A stretch of DNA of 64,000 nucleotides, taken from Podarcis tiliguerta. Its lineage: Eukaryota. A model generated the notes under the pieces. It made no database searches and had not been told where the DNA came from. It saw only the letters and a list, made by a program, of their open reading frames with translations. This document shows positions 48,560-62,466 of the stretch, one piece after another. The first letter of the stretch is position 1; the number at the start of each line of letters is the position of its first letter. Made by a program: the position numbers and the translations under genes. The DNA lies in the NCBI GenBank assembly GCA_965153285.1, contig OZ229111.1; one strand, 5' to 3'.

Positions 48560-49190
48560 GAAAAGACCATATCTGTCATAGTCACCCAACTAGGTACTTA
48601 GGGGCCTCTTATGAGGATCCTGGCAGGCAGGCAAGCTTACATGGAAGGCGATGGTCTTCAGATACCATGATATCAAGTCATGTAGGGTTTTTAAGGCCAA
48701 GACAAGTATGGAAGCAAAATGGTCTCCAGGGTTTCAATACTGATATAGTATGCCCATGGTGGGATGCGGGTGGTGCTGTGGGTTAAACCACAGAGCCTAG
48801 GACTTGCCGATCCGGAAGGTCGGCAGTTTGAATCCTTGCAATGTGGTGAGCTCTCGTTGCTCAGTCCCTGCTCCTGGCAACCTAGCAGTTCTAAAGCATG
48901 TCAAAGTGCAAGTAGATAAATAGGTACCGCTCTGGCGGGAAAGTAAACGGCATTTCCATGCGCTGCTCTGGTTCGCCAGAAGCGGCTTAGTCAAGCTGGC
49001 CACATGACCTGGAAGCTGTACGCTGGCTCCCTTGGCCAATAAAGCGAGATGAGCACCGCAACCCCAGAGTCGGTCACAACTGCACCTAATGGTCAGGGGT
49101 CCCTTTACCTTTACCTTATGCCCATGACAAACAATTCCCATTAACAATTTGGCTGTTCCATTTTGAACCAGTTGCTATTACCCTAGTCTA
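48560..49190 (-). mobile_element. L2 LINE remnant, split by a Sauria SINE
   Basis: ggtcttcagatacc..tcaagtcatgtagggtttttaaggccaagacaag lies before the SINE. attcccattaacaatttggctgttccattttgaaccagttgc lies after it; its minus strand reads QLVQNGTAKLLMG (compare L2 QLVQNAAARLLTG). Confidence 0.6.
48761..49116 (+). mobile_element. Sauria SINE, full length (subfamily B)
   Basis: 5' end gggatgcgggtggtgctgtgg (box A), agtttgaatcc (box B variant), 3' tail ctttacctttacct. 10-bp TSD tatgcccatg at 48749-48758 and 49117-49126. Confidence 0.96.
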
Positions 49191-52100
49191 ATGCAAAATC
49201 TTGATATGTTAAGAAAATAAATGCCAGGGATAAGCAAAGTAACTGATAGGCCACCCACGACACATGTTAGATTAAATATGGAAATGTTGTTCTCCCAGCA
49301 GTATGAGAAGATATCCTATTGCCACTATTTGTGAATGAGCTGCTGGGCACACATAACTCTGAATTTTCCATATGCAGTAAACTACTTATTTGTTTTAATG
49401 TTTTGGCCCACCTTTACAGATTAATAATTTTGTAAACATGGAGTCCCACCAATGTGTAAGCTTAAACTGGTTGGAGATCCTTTTCATACTGAAGAAAGTC
49501 TATGCCTGTCCTGATCTATAAGAAAAATTAAATTAGTAATATAGGAAAAACCTACATTACCCTTTATTTCCAAAAGTTGATTATCATTATTATATTAACA
49601 TAATATTCCTATCATATTCCAAAACCCATCAGCCCCATAGCTGGAAAAAAGATACAGATCTATAATTAGAAACAGTCATTCAAGCAGAAAAAGTACAATA
49701 GGAAAATATGTAAGAATTTGCATACCAGAGTTACTGCAGTAATTATACAGAAAATGAAAGGATCAAAAACAGAACACAGTACACCATCTAAAGATCTAGC
49801 CATGTCCCAAATCTGGATTTAAAAGCAGAGGTCTTTTAAATCCAAACTGCAGAGCCATTGAATACATTTGGTACTGTGTTAACCTGTAATTAATAGCAGT
49901 AGAATGCATCCTAAGTTATGGGTTTGGGAAAATACCAACCCCTCACCCTGCAATAAATTCTTTCTTCCTTGTGGCTATCGTTATTCCCTATCTGATTGTA
50001 GGCTGTAGTATACTATCTATTGGGGCATGTACACATTTTATTAAGCATGTACATTTTTTTACACCTCTTCCTAGGAGGACAAAAGATCAATACTATATAC
50101 TGAAGATAATATTCAGTACTCTGTCCCACGGCAAAGAAGAAAGTACGAAGAAAACCAAGTATGAGTCTGTCATAATTTAAAAACCCATCCTTAATAATTA
50201 AAAGGCTTGGCAATATAATAATGATTGTTGCACCTGTTTTTAATTAGCTGCTAAAACCCCAAAGTCTCTTGGGTAGTTTAACATCACAGTGATTATTCAG
50301 TTAAACTCTTCAACGTTGGGAAAAATTTCCCACCATCTCCAGAGTTCCTCAGTTGCTTCTTTCGTCTGGATAGGGCATATGGCTCATCTCTAAGAATAAA
50401 TTATCTCATTGACTATACAACATAGAAAAGCTTATGTCATTTCACTAACAAAACAAAAAATCTCCCCAATGTATTAATTCATTTTCAAAACTGATATATT
50501 TATAAAAATACTTCAGCAAGACAGTCTCATGCCATACAGCAAGACAATACATATTGTTCACATGTAAAAATGAATCAAACAGGAAAACTCAAGTACAACC
50601 ACATAATCTTGCGTCCTGAAATCAGGCTAAGTCTGAATTTTTAAGGATGGCTGCAGTTTGGTTCACATATTGTTTTTGGCAAGTGTGAATTTGGTAGGTT
50701 CACCTTTATATATGAACTGAATCAATTTTCTCCTTCACTCCTACAGACAATTTAGGCCTGGATCCAAGTTTCTGTGTAGAACCTGACATGATGTGAGCCT
50801 TTGTCTCCCAGAGATAAGCATCTGCCACTGGCAGTGATTTCACATCCTTGCCAATTATGTTTGCCACTTGCCACATCTAGACTATCCCCACACTCACTCC
50901 CACACCAGATCCCGCTGCTGCCCACCTACCCCATGCTTGCTTGTTCACATATTTCTACCATCAGCACTTGCAGGTGGGTGTAATACCAGAGGGAGAGGGA
51001 TCAGTGAGTGCATATGGGCTATGGCTGTTGATTCTTTATCTTATTTGCCCATCTAATAAGAGAACACTTGGGAGGTGTAGCAGTAGCCAACTTGAATCAC
51101 AAAGGACCAGTGAATAGTCGTGGTAAAGGATGAGGAGCCACAGCTCCCTAACAGCAATCTGGGGGCCTGGGCTCTGGTACTCCAACCTGATACAATTAAA
51201 CCTTTGTTTCCTGTTTATTTTTTAATGTTTTATTTAAACTGCCAGGAAATGACATTTTACTCCAACCTCTTTAATCTTAAAACAGTCTGGCATGACACGC
51301 TTGAGAAATGGTTTATCTCCAATCACACTGATGTGCTCAAATTATTCCTTTAACAAAATATTAAGAGCTAATCATACAGTGAACCGTAGCCACATGTTTG
51401 CTGACACCAGTAATTGTCTGCTTGTAAGAATCACTGCCTGCAGGAAGGTAGAAATTGCACAGCTGAGCCTCACTAAAACAGCACATGGGCTGTAAGATGA
51501 CACAGGGGAATTTAAGATGCAAGGTAAAATAGGATAGATTTTAGCCTGTATCTCAACTACATATGTCTCCCAAAAGTGATTTATGCCATTTGATCTCTGT
51601 TACGAAGTCTCCTTTAAATGAAATACATTTTCATTAAGCTATGCTAGCCTACACAGGTAACTGTAATGTTATTAATGAATATCCATGACTGATAGCTGGG
51701 AAAGGAACACAATGCCTCTGAGAATTTTCCCTGTGTTTTAGACTAGGCAAATGCAGCAAATTGATTTCACATGTTACCAGGTAACAGTTCATATGCTAGT
51801 AGATAATTACATTAAGTACTCATTCCCTTGAATGAGATGTGCAACGTAGCAGCTATCGTGTGTGTGTGATTAATATCGCCTTTCTTTGCACCACCACCCT
51901 CCTAGTTGGGCACTGTGGTTGTAGAGAAATTAACAATCTGGGATCAAATTAAAGAACACAGATATAGATTTGCCACAAAAACCCTGTACTTTTGTTACTT
52001 TCTTAAAAGAGCTGCAGATTTTTGAAAAGGGACATAACATGAAGTAAATAATGGCTGCAGTCTTTGAGACATGTCCAATTACTAAGTTGGTGTGACATTC

Positions 52101-53057
52101 AGAGAAAGTCAGTTGTTCCCCCCACCTTTCCCCAATTATTGGCTGAGTTGCTGTGGTGTCATAAAATCTTCCTGATTATTCTTAACACTACAGTGTTACC
52201 TATTTTTGGTGGAAATAGTGTCATGAGCTTTTCCCAAGCATGCAGGCCCTGGGAGGTGGCAGTAGGTACAAGCAATACTTGCAGACCATTACCTGGAGCT
52301 TGTTTGCAAGGCTAAATGACAGGGTGTAGAAATTTCTCTATAAACAAACAGGTTTCTAGCTGGACTCTACCCATTATTTTTAAAAGGCACCTACTACTCA
52401 ACCAATTATCCTATAAAAATAGTACCCCACTGAGTTATCGAAAAAGTCCTTGGGTTTAGAAGGTCTTTGTCTATATTCCATTTAAAAAAACACAGCAGCA
52501 TAGCACAGTTGGCACAGAAAGAATAATCTAATTGTCTATCCACTCAGAAAACATAATCACTTAACAATTCTACATAGCTCTCCACCTTTCCTGGTAAAAG
52601 CCTTGACCTTCTGCTTACAGAAGCCCTTGACAAACCATGCTTCAGTGGTGAATTGGTTTATAATACATTCCCCCCCCCCCCTCACAGAAGCTCAGTGCAG
52701 TTATGTGGCGGATAAAATTTCACCAAGTACAGCATTTCCACAAATGCAAGACTTTCAACAGGAAATTCCACCTGTTGAAAGTACCCTAGTTGTGAAGAAT
52801 CCATAGCCTTAGCCTGGAACTGAGGCAGATCTGTAAACATGTGTCTATGTGCTTACAAACTGGCAGACCTTTCCTATGATAAATGTTTATGCCTCCCTCA
52901 GGGAATGGTTGGGGGGGGGAGGTACAAGCTGGGTTTAAAATGGGCCACAATTTTATTGATTACAATGTCAAATAATTTTATGTAGCATTTTTGGCATTAT
53001 ACCAGGGACACACTCAATACAGACAGCACCTCATTCCAAATATATTAATGATATGTG

Positions 53058-53447
53058 TATTCAGACAAAGCTCAGGTCTGTTTCTATTTTTCCGCTAATT
53101 CAGGTGATGAAGCAGAGGTACTACACCAGTGTGCACATTGTTGGACTGGATGGTCAACAAACTGAAGTTTAATTCAGAAAAGATGAAAGTACTATTGATG
53201 GGCTGTTTGTCTCCCAGGGTAAATGGTAGTCATTCTATTTGGATGGGGCTGCACTCTCTCTGAACAAATAGGCTTGCAGCTTAGAAGCTTGTCCATCTCT
53301 GTCACTGGAGGTGGGGGATTCTTTATGGTACAGAGTGCCTTTTATCAACTTCAGCTACTTCACCAGCTGTGACCATACATGGATGGAGTCAGCCTACCCA
53401 TGGCCTTGTAAACTTCAGGTTAGGTTGTTATAATATATTGTACATGA
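53058..53447 (+). mobile_element. L2 LINE ORF2 fragment (decayed RT C-terminal part)
   Basis: With frameshifts reads YSDKAQVCFYFS..EVLHQC..LLDWMVNKLKFNSEKMKVLL...SAFYQLQLLHQL*PYMD...THGLVNFRLGCYNILY. This matches L2 YADDTQLY..WMxxNKLKLNPDKTEVL..AFYQLRLxxQLRPYLD..HALVTSRLDYCNALY. Confidence 0.8.
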
Positions 53448-53543
53448 TAGCAAACAAGATAAATAAGAAAGCTGCCAACCTTTCTTTCTTTCTCCCTCTC
53501 TCCTTTTTAAATAAGTTGGCTTTTACAGTAAGACTGCAGTTTA

Positions 53544-53899
53544 AAGATAAAGGTCAAGGGACCCCTGACCATTAGGTCCAGTCGTGGCCGACTCTGGGGT
53601 TGCGGTGCTCATCTCGCTTTATTGGCTGAGGGAGCCGGCGTACAGCTTCCGGGTCATGTGGCCAGCATGACTAAGTTGCTTCTGGCGAACCAGAGCAGCG
53701 CACGGAAACACCGTTTACCTTCCCGCCAGATTGGTAACTATTTATCTACTTGCACTTTGACATGCTTTCGAACTGCTAGGTTGGCAGGAGCAGGGATCAA
53801 GCAATGGGAGCTCACCCCGTCACAGAGATTCGAACCGCCGACCTTCTGATCAGCAAACCCTAGGCTCTGTGGTTTAACCCACAGCGCCACCCGCGTCCC
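53544..53899 (-). mobile_element. Sauria SINE, full length (subfamily B)
   Basis: Reverse complement counterpart of 48761-49116. TSD gactgcagttta at 53532-53543 and 53903-53914, extendable to 15 bp with one mismatch. Confidence 0.96.
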
Positions 53900-54370
53900 T
53901 AGGACTGCAGTTTACACACACGTAACTTGCCTGATATCAACCACACACTGCTGAAGGTCAGATGGTTGAATTCCTGCAAGTTAAATACAAGCAAGGTGGC
54001 AAGCTTAAAATCTCTCTGCCTTACTTGGGGAGGAAGGCCTTCACCACACATTGGGTCTGGGATGCTTTCATGAGATTTTGTGGGAACACAGACTGTCCAA
54101 CAAGAGCATCCTGGGGCTTCTGGAGCCAACGCATGGAGAAGGTCTTACTCCCCATGCAAGGCAGAGAGCTCTTTTTGCACAAGGAAAATTTGGTGAAAAA
54201 ATAACTTTTAAGCTTCCTGAGTTGCTTTGGGAGAATGGCAAGGCCTTTCAGTATACTGGCTCTGGAAACCTTGGTAACCTTGTGCAGGGGCAGTTCCAAG
54301 TGCTTGAGTATTTACATTTTTGTCTCTATGCAGAAGCCTTGGAACAAATCCCCCTGTGTAAGATGCAATT

Positions 54371-54547
54371 ATAGAATCATAGAGTTGGAAGGTAACCCAA
54401 GGGTCATCTGGTCAACCCCCTGCAATGCTGTAATCTCAACTAAAGCATCCATTACAGATGGCGATCCAAACTCTGTTTAAAAACCTCCAAAGAAGGAGAC
54501 CACAACCTCCTAAGGGAGTCCTTTTCATTGTCAGACACCTCTTACTG
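54371..54547 (-). mobile_element. CR1 LINE 3' fragment (second CR1 family, ATTCTATG-type tail)
   Basis: atagaatcatagagttggaaggtaacccaagggtcatctggtcaaccccctgcaatgc...ccaaactctgtttaaaaacctccaaagaaggaga...cttact is a typical CR1 3' UTR and ORF2 end in reverse. Confidence 0.85.
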
Positions 54548-57425
54548 ATCATACTGTATACAGAGATATTAGCATATGTGACATTGTAGCCTTTTTTTCA
54601 GTGATACATAACTTCTCTTTCAGCAATGCATAAATAGACATGAATTCCACACCTCTGAACGCTACGCTCAGTTTTTTTAACCCAAGCAACTTTCTATACA
54701 TTATAGCAGAAAACCTGAGAAACATCGTAGAGCTATATATTTTAGGGTTTATTTTAAAAACACTTTAATTTAAATAGACAGAAATAGTGTCTTGTTAAGG
54801 TGAAAAATTCCCAGTATTTATTTAAGAAAAGAAAAAAAAGGAAAATGATTAGCAGAAGGGTTTATATATGTTCCATATGGCCAATCTAAATTCCACAGTA
54901 ATTCTGCCAGTGCAAAATTTTCCTCTTCAATTAATAAATAGGTAAACATATGTTTCAACAGATCTGATTCTCAAGGAAATGCTCTTATGATTAGATTTCA
55001 CATGTGGAAAAAAAAGGAAATAAATCAATTAACAAAATGTTCCTGTTCTTTTGTTTATAAGTGGCCTTTTCTTTTTTTAAGATTCTGGAGCTACTGAATA
55101 AGAACATTTGAAAGGTTTCCATCTCTAGCTAACTTCCATTCTCACTGACTTCAGCATATTTGTAATGTAAATTCACAACTTATTAATGTAGAAATTTTAT
55201 AGAATATTACTAATTTGAATGAGTCTAAATTAACCCAGATAAGTAAAGGCTGTAGCTTAGGAAGACAACAATCTGGACAAACTAATTCAGATTCAGATTC
55301 TGCTTCATTTCTTGATATAATCTAAGGTACATTTGGGCTTTTGAATTAATGGCCAACCATGCCAAGAAATGCATTGGGTACATGATTTTACAGGTTTGCA
55401 ATAATGAGTAGGTATTTCATTCAGATTATTCAAGACCATGGCTTTATGGGCATTAAAATATGCTGCATACTGAGATGTAAACTATACCACTATCCATTAA
55501 CAGTTGAAAATTAGGCTGCATTGTGTCTATTTGTGCAAAAAGTAACCCTACTCCAGTTGCAGTTGTTCCAATACAACATTTTAAAATTCTTTGTTTTTAT
55601 TCTCTGGATACAAAAAAAATGAATTTATTTGCAGTAAGAGATGAGAAGCAAATTCAGCAAATTAATCACACTAATCACAGTATCAGAGAAGAACTCAAAG
55701 CAGCCCGAAACATTATTTTAGGGTTGGTGCAGCCTGGGGTAGGGGTAGGGGAAGCTTTAGCATCCAGATTCAGACAGAGCATGGAAGTCTTTCTAAAAAA
55801 GCTTTGCCATGAGTTGAATAACCATTGCTGCATTAATCAACTGTTGCTGCTTACATGCTACTGTTCACTTCTTGAACACGATAGTAGAATCTCTTCTAAC
55901 TGAGCATTCCTCTTCATGTTTGCTTAGAGGTATGCCTTACCATGTTGAAATGGCCTTATTCCCAGGTAAGTATGTTAAGAAGTGCTGCCTGAGCTGCTGA
56001 CTCTTTGAAAAAAGTGCTCATAGCACAGGCAGGCAGGGCCAACGAAACCATGGGAAATGGCCAACAACTCTGCTGGACACCTCTGTGGCAGCCAAGAAGT
56101 GAATGAATGCTGGTCATACCACTTGCAGCAGTGGCCTCTAACCCATTCTACCAGGGAGCTGTGCCAGAAAAGAGCTGGGATCTCTCCCTTGCTGCTCACA
56201 TTACAAGTGCTTGCTGATTTAATAAACAACTTCATTATCAACTCCTATCAATCCAGCAGCTTTCCTAGGCATTAGAAATCAACTAGAAAGTGCTTTTCTT
56301 TAAAGCTAAAAAAGAAGCACAATCTCTCTGGAGCACACGAGAGGGTATAGCTTTCTGTTTGTGGTGTAATCTTTTGGGAAATATGTCAAAGTCTTGCAGT
56401 GTGTCTGGAGAAGGCAAACACTATGGTTTGATTTTAAAATACCCATTAAAACAATAATTTAAAAGTCATTGTTCTCTCCCTGTGACTCCAAGAATGTAGA
56501 AAGGATAAGAAATGCTCTGCCTTGGCAATGTCACAGACTTGATCTCTACAATCAAATGCCTCCAGCAGGAGCACACTAAAATCTAAAGCTAGAAATGATT
56601 TTATCATTTAATAAAGGAAATGCACACAAACTTGCAGAGAGGTTTGTTGAAAGAAATATAGTGTCATTTATGGCAAGTAAATAGGATTTTCTCCCCACTG
56701 AACTCCTGCTGGGAAGTACACTGAAAAATGAGTTCTAATTTGCTTGAGCCTCAATTCCCACTGCATGTATACAAACTGCATCTGCTTTGGTGCTCAGGTT
56801 CTGTTGTAATAGCGACTAATTTTTTTTTGGGGGGGGGGGGTTATGCAGGCTTATTTTATGACAAAGTCTATGCATGATTTAGCAAAATGTGACAATGCAA
56901 CACATTCATGTTACACAAAAGGTAAAACCAACTTTACTATCTGGCAACAATATATGTACCTAAATATCCCCCTAAATACTATATCATGTTTTAGCTGACT
57001 TAATTAACAGTGCCGTCCTATACTTCCCATTTTAAAGTAAGTATCATTGAGTTCAATGGATTCCTTAGTGAAAGGAAGTGGTGGCTGATAGGCAACTTTC
57101 TTTATTTGTTTTCTATTAAGATGTGTAAGCTACTTTTTTGCCCCAAAAGAGCCCTCGAGGTGGTATAAAACAATTACACATTAATATATTAACTATTTTG
57201 AGCAGTATTAGAACAGGAACAGGTTCATCAAACCCTCATTGAATAGGGTAGCCACTAAACAATATCAAAAGCACATCTATGCAAAGCAGTATTCACCAAC
57301 AGAATAATGGCTGATATAGAAAGGACCCGCTGAGGCTCCCCAACACACTTGCTGTCATCAGCTTACAATTGTGGCACAGTGCTGAGGGGTGCCCCCATCT
57401 GAAAGATTGTCACCCAAAGCTTATG

Positions 57426-57615
57426 CACAGCTTTCCAAACTGCGTGTTGTGACACATCAGTGTGTAGGTGTGTCGTGAGAACACTCTCCATGCTCCTCCA
57501 TGCTTGAAAGGGGTTAGTTTAACCCCCCGTTTGCTAGTAAAACTGAATTACTGTGTCGCGAAATGATGTATGTCTAAAAAGTGTGTCACCAACATGAAAA
57601 GTTTGGAAAACTCTG
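57426..57615. mobile_element. hAT-type MITE (copy 2, same family as 22164)
   Basis: TIRs cacagctttccaaac / gtttggaaaactctg. Interior collinear with 22164-22346. TSD not recognisable. Confidence 0.85.
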
Positions 57616-59739
57616 CCCTACAGCCATGAACAGTGATGTCTACTAGCAAGCTACTGCACTGCTGTTTATTTCAATGGAGTAATAACAACTTCAGTGATTA
57701 TTTACTACTAATACATACAGGGTCCACTTACTGAACACAAAACATTCCCTGGAAATTATTTGTTAGGCGAGTGTTCACATAATGAGTCCAAAATTTCCAT
57801 TATTTCCTATGGAAACATTTATAATTAGGGATTTTTTCCAATCTCCCCACTTTTTCAATGGTTTCTTCCTGAAATGGCTGCAGCCAATCAGCAAAAGAGA
57901 CACAAAGGAAAAATCTGATTTGTCTGATTTCTCCTTTCTGATTTATCCAATCTCGTCCTCTCATCCCCTCCCTGCATAGTTTCTACCTGGAAATGGCAGC
58001 TGCCTACCAGCAAAGAAGAAACAAACAAGGAATTAAGGAAGTGGGCAAATTTGGAGGAAGAGAGGGAGGGAGGGAGGAGAGAGATTGACAATTCTACCCG
58101 TGTAAAAAACTAGATCAATGTGATATATATATACTGTATCCTCCCCCTTCTCCCTCTCCCCCACACTGCATATACTTCTTAGATTTAAAACCACAATGCT
58201 CACATTCTGTCATTTTTAAAACACTCACAAAGCTAGTCCATAGCTTTTAAATGTTTCATTCTAAGTGGAGTCTAAAGTGTTCATCACTTTCAATACCCTT
58301 GCTTTACGGAGCACCAGGGTCTCTGAGTTGCAGTACACTTTCTTTTAACATTGTGCATGCTTGAGACAGCATATATTTTCCTGACATTTTGAGTTTTACC
58401 AACTCTGAAACATCTCAACAGCAATGTCAATAATGTGGATCACCAAAAAAAAGAGACTACAAAATCAATAGATGTCAGTCCTATCTATCTTCCTTAGACT
58501 GAGCAGTACTCCATTTTCTTTCTGCACAAAATGCTACTTGTTGGTTACAAACAAAGGACAGAAAATGCCTCTTCCCCGTTTTTTCTGGGTCACTGCTATC
58601 TTCCAGCCTTTCTGATGCTGCAATGGTCACTTTTAACTTAGAAAATATTCATTTTCTCATAAACCTATGATTTCAGTCATAAGGAAAAATATACTTAGGA
58701 ACAAATCGCTCAAGAAATCCATCTAAGAAGAGACCTCCCCCCTTCAATATGTAAGTTAACATGTGATATCACTGACAGGTTATTGGGGCACATCAAAGAT
58801 AACATGGAAGAAGACATATCCACTGTTTGATCACTTTCTGTTTGTCACATTCCACAGAAGAATGAAAGGCTTACTAATTTACAGGACAACCCTATATCAC
58901 AATTGCATTGTGCTGAAGATACTAGTGGAACCGCTACCTTAACTAATATGTGCTTAGCCTGCAACAAGAGGGGGAAGCACCATTCCCAGCATGCAGTGGT
59001 GAGGACACAGAGCACAATACCACACAGACACAGAGGGATCCAATGCATGGTGCCTGCACAAGGCAGCACAGTACCCCTACATGTGAATCCAAATGGCATG
59101 GATAGCAAACACACCTCAGGCAGTCTTTCAGCAAGCAATTAAAGACTGAAATAATCCTGACACCCCATTTGATGTCAGCCGCCCTTGACCGGGGAGGGCA
59201 GGGTATAAATAAAAAAATTCTTACTTTACTTACTATCCCAACTGTTCATCCACTAGGGTGGCCCTGCTTAGAAGCATCTCTCTGTTCTCTCCCCATCCAT
59301 CCATCCATCACTCCATATATTGTTGCGGCAGCTACCAGAACCTTTGTGAATCTGAAAAGTCCACTACCAGAAAAAGTAGAGGAGCCCAGTTTGTACCAAA
59401 TTCACCAACCCTCGCTCAATACCTATTTAGAGCCAATTAAACTCAGAAACAACATGTGGCATATTGGCAGTGTTTAGTGAACAGCATCTGGAACAGACTA
59501 GATCCTGCCTGCGGAGATTAAGTCATATCAACAGGACTGCCAACCAGTCATCCCTGCAGGATCCCTGTGTTGGCTGGGAATCCCACAAACAAGCAGGTGG
59601 AAACTCCTGGCCATGGTTGCCAGTCATGAATTGACTCTCCTGATTTACAGAGAACTGGGTAGGGGATGGATCATGTACCCGTGGGAAAGTGACCTGTGGA
59701 GAGGAAAGGGGGAAAGGGAGAGAGAGAAGTGAGCAATAA

Positions 59740-59786
59740 TCAGAAGCTGGAACAAGAGTCAGAAGCTGGAACAAGAGTCAGAAGCT
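59740..59786. repeat. 19-bp tandem repeat, 2.5 copies
   Basis: tcagaagctggaacaagag twice, then tcagaagct. Confidence 0.9.
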
Positions 59787-59909
59787 TAAAAACAGCTACA
59801 GCGGAACCAGGGAAGGGCTGTAGCTGTTTGTAAGGGAGTGGTGCCACCTGCGTGCTTTGCTAGTACAAATGGTTCAGCCTCCCATTCAGTAGGGAAGGGT
59901 AGTCTGCCC

Positions 59910-60061
59910 CAGTGGCGTAGCGTGGGTTGTCAGCACCTGGGGCAAGGCAAGTAATTTGTGCCCCCAACCTGTGGATTTTAGCACTCAAGTGCGAGCGCCC
60001 CCCCCCAGATGTTGCGCCCGTTGCGGCCGGCCCCCCCTGCACCCCCCACGCTACGCCACTG
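59910..60061. mobile_element. hAT-type MITE, 152 bp, young
   Basis: 17-bp perfect TIRs cagtggcgtagcgtggg / cccacgctacgccactg. Perfect 8-bp TSD gtctgccc at 59902-59909 and 60062-60069. CpGs retained. Confidence 0.95.
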
Positions 60062-62295
60062 GTCTGCCCTGACTGTGACCATAAGTCCCAATCTCCCATT
60101 GAAAGTTACAGTGAAACCCTATGTGCGCAGAGGCTGTTAATTCTTCTCCATGCATCCAGGGTGTGGTCTTGCAAGACAAAAAGTGTTTGGTCAGCAATAA
60201 TAGGAAGCAATGGTTGGAGTGTCTGGCCTTTACCAACAGAGGGCTTACCTGCACAGAATGCCTCCCCTGTGTGTGAGGCACTGCTCCCCACTAGGGTGGA
60301 GGGAAGAGTGCTGCAGCAATACAATTCAGGCAAGACACAGTATTCTCAAATTGTAAAGAAGAAGAGAGACACAGAAAACAGTTGCAGAAATTATATATTA
60401 CAGAATGTGTCCCTTGACCTTTCAAGTGTGGGATACTCTGTCCTGTCATCCCTAGCTGTTGGAGCACATCAGAGGATAGTTTTTGGTTTTGCTTTGTACT
60501 TGGGAGCCCTGAGGCACAGTGCTTGTTAGGGTTCCAGGATGAGAAATGTATGCAGTATTACCATGTTCCTGTGTGCACCCAGAAGTAAAATGTTGTGCAA
60601 ACCGATGCCTGTTTTTTCCTGGTTCACATCACCAGAGTCATCCCTTGTGGGCTGTGGATGCAATATAAGGCTAGTGAGATATAGTTCCATGCAGCACTTC
60701 CAATCATTTGAGTTGCTTTGGTGGTGTGCTGTGATTTGGTTTTGAATTTTCCTATATCACATGCTCTGTCATGGGATGGCTGCAGGGTGCTTATTTTTAC
60801 ACCCCTTCCCCTTTACCATTGAAATGGCTTTTCAATATAGGATTGAGTCATTGGGATTAACTTAAATAAAGCAATGTTTAAGTATGAGAGTCCTTACTAC
60901 TTAAAGAGTGCTACTTTTGCCAAAATACTGTTTTTTTAAAAACCCACCAAAGGGACCTTATTTTGTTATGTGGTCATTGATGGACAGCCAAGTGCTCTTT
61001 GGAGACTTTCCTAGCAATCCATTCTGGTCTCAAAGGAGCCACCAATCTATGTTTCTCGGCAATACTTTAACAGTTTGACATTTACACGGTGACCATGGCT
61101 AACCATCTAGAGACTACTTCTGCAAGGTGATGTCGACTGCCTAGAGTGCAGACTAATGTGTACTACAAGTCAACCCCTGTAATAAACTGTGAACTTTTCA
61201 ACAGGGCTTAAAAATACACTTGTCAGATAATAGAAAAACACAAAATTTGCCACACAGGTGTTAAAGATCATTCCCCCACCCCACCCTTTCTAAGATGCAT
61301 TAGAGAAACTATTATCTCCCAGTACCAAGGAATAAACTGTGTTTTTAAAGTAGCACCCACTATAGTGATAGTGGAGAGGGTACCACTTGGGAGAAGACAC
61401 AAAGAATGTTGTACGTCTTATTGACAACAATCCTAAGCTCATGACACCATCAGGGCTTATAAACAGTGTGACTCATGACAGTCTCAAGTGTCAGTGACGC
61501 CCTGTGCAACACAAAAAATGGGTGCCCCCCACCTGTCACGCTCCATTCTAAATAACAGCTGTGCAACCTTGCACCTTCTGCAACCAAATCTCCTAGTCCC
61601 GTTCAGCAAATCAAACCCTATTGCTATATAAAGAAGAACAAGACAAAAATCGTTCTCACTCATCTATTGCCTTATCAAAGCATCAGAAAATTCATAATAG
61701 ACTTGAATGCATAAGTGATCTTCTGTTCTAATTTCATGCAGAGCAACTGGAAAGATGTTTCAAAGTAAAACAGAAATGATAATACACATAATGGGCAAGG
61801 CTATATTTCAAAGAGATTTTTGATAATTCATGTCTTCAAGGTTTACTCAGTTTAGGCCAAGTCAAAGAGACATCTGATATAATCTTTAAATTTATGCAAA
61901 GTAACACATCATTTGAAATGATAAAAAAACAGGATTGACTCAAATGTCATTAATATTCAATATTCTACCCTATACATAAATATGTGTCAGACTTATTTCA
62001 TACCATTTTGGGGCAGAAAAATTGCTACTAGTAGAAATCCAGTTAGCTATATAAATAATATAGTCAATATGAGATCTAGGGTTTCTTTAAGTGCTTTGTT
62101 TATAGCTAACTGACTTTGAGCAACTAATTATAAAACCCACGTAAAATGGTTTTGAAAAACATTTCCACCCACCTGGTTATTTCAATATTGTCAATACCTA
62201 TTACAAATGTGAAGAATCATAACCCATTATTATCCAAGTGTGGTGTCCATTTTTCCCAGTACAGGGAAGATTCAGTAAAAGGGATCATATATATT

Positions 62296-62466
62296 CAGTG
62301 CTTTTTTTCTGGGAGGACTCAGGGGTATGCATACCCCTAAACATTTTGTGAATCTTTGTACTTTTGTCCATTTACTGTATTTATTTTTCCCGATCTTAAC
62401 TATAAAATTGTGATTTTCTTGAGTCAAAATGAGAGTGCCCCTAAACATTTGGGGGGGGGAACACTG
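62296..62466. mobile_element. hAT-type MITE, ~171 bp
   Basis: Starts cagtgctttttttct and ends aacactg. Internal direct repeat cccctaaacattt near both ends. Flanks tatatatt / tatttttt match at 6/8. Confidence 0.7.

Noticed and set aside
59927-60529. 200-aa ORF
   Set aside because: Starts inside the GC-rich hAT MITE and continues into sequence with no recognisable domain.
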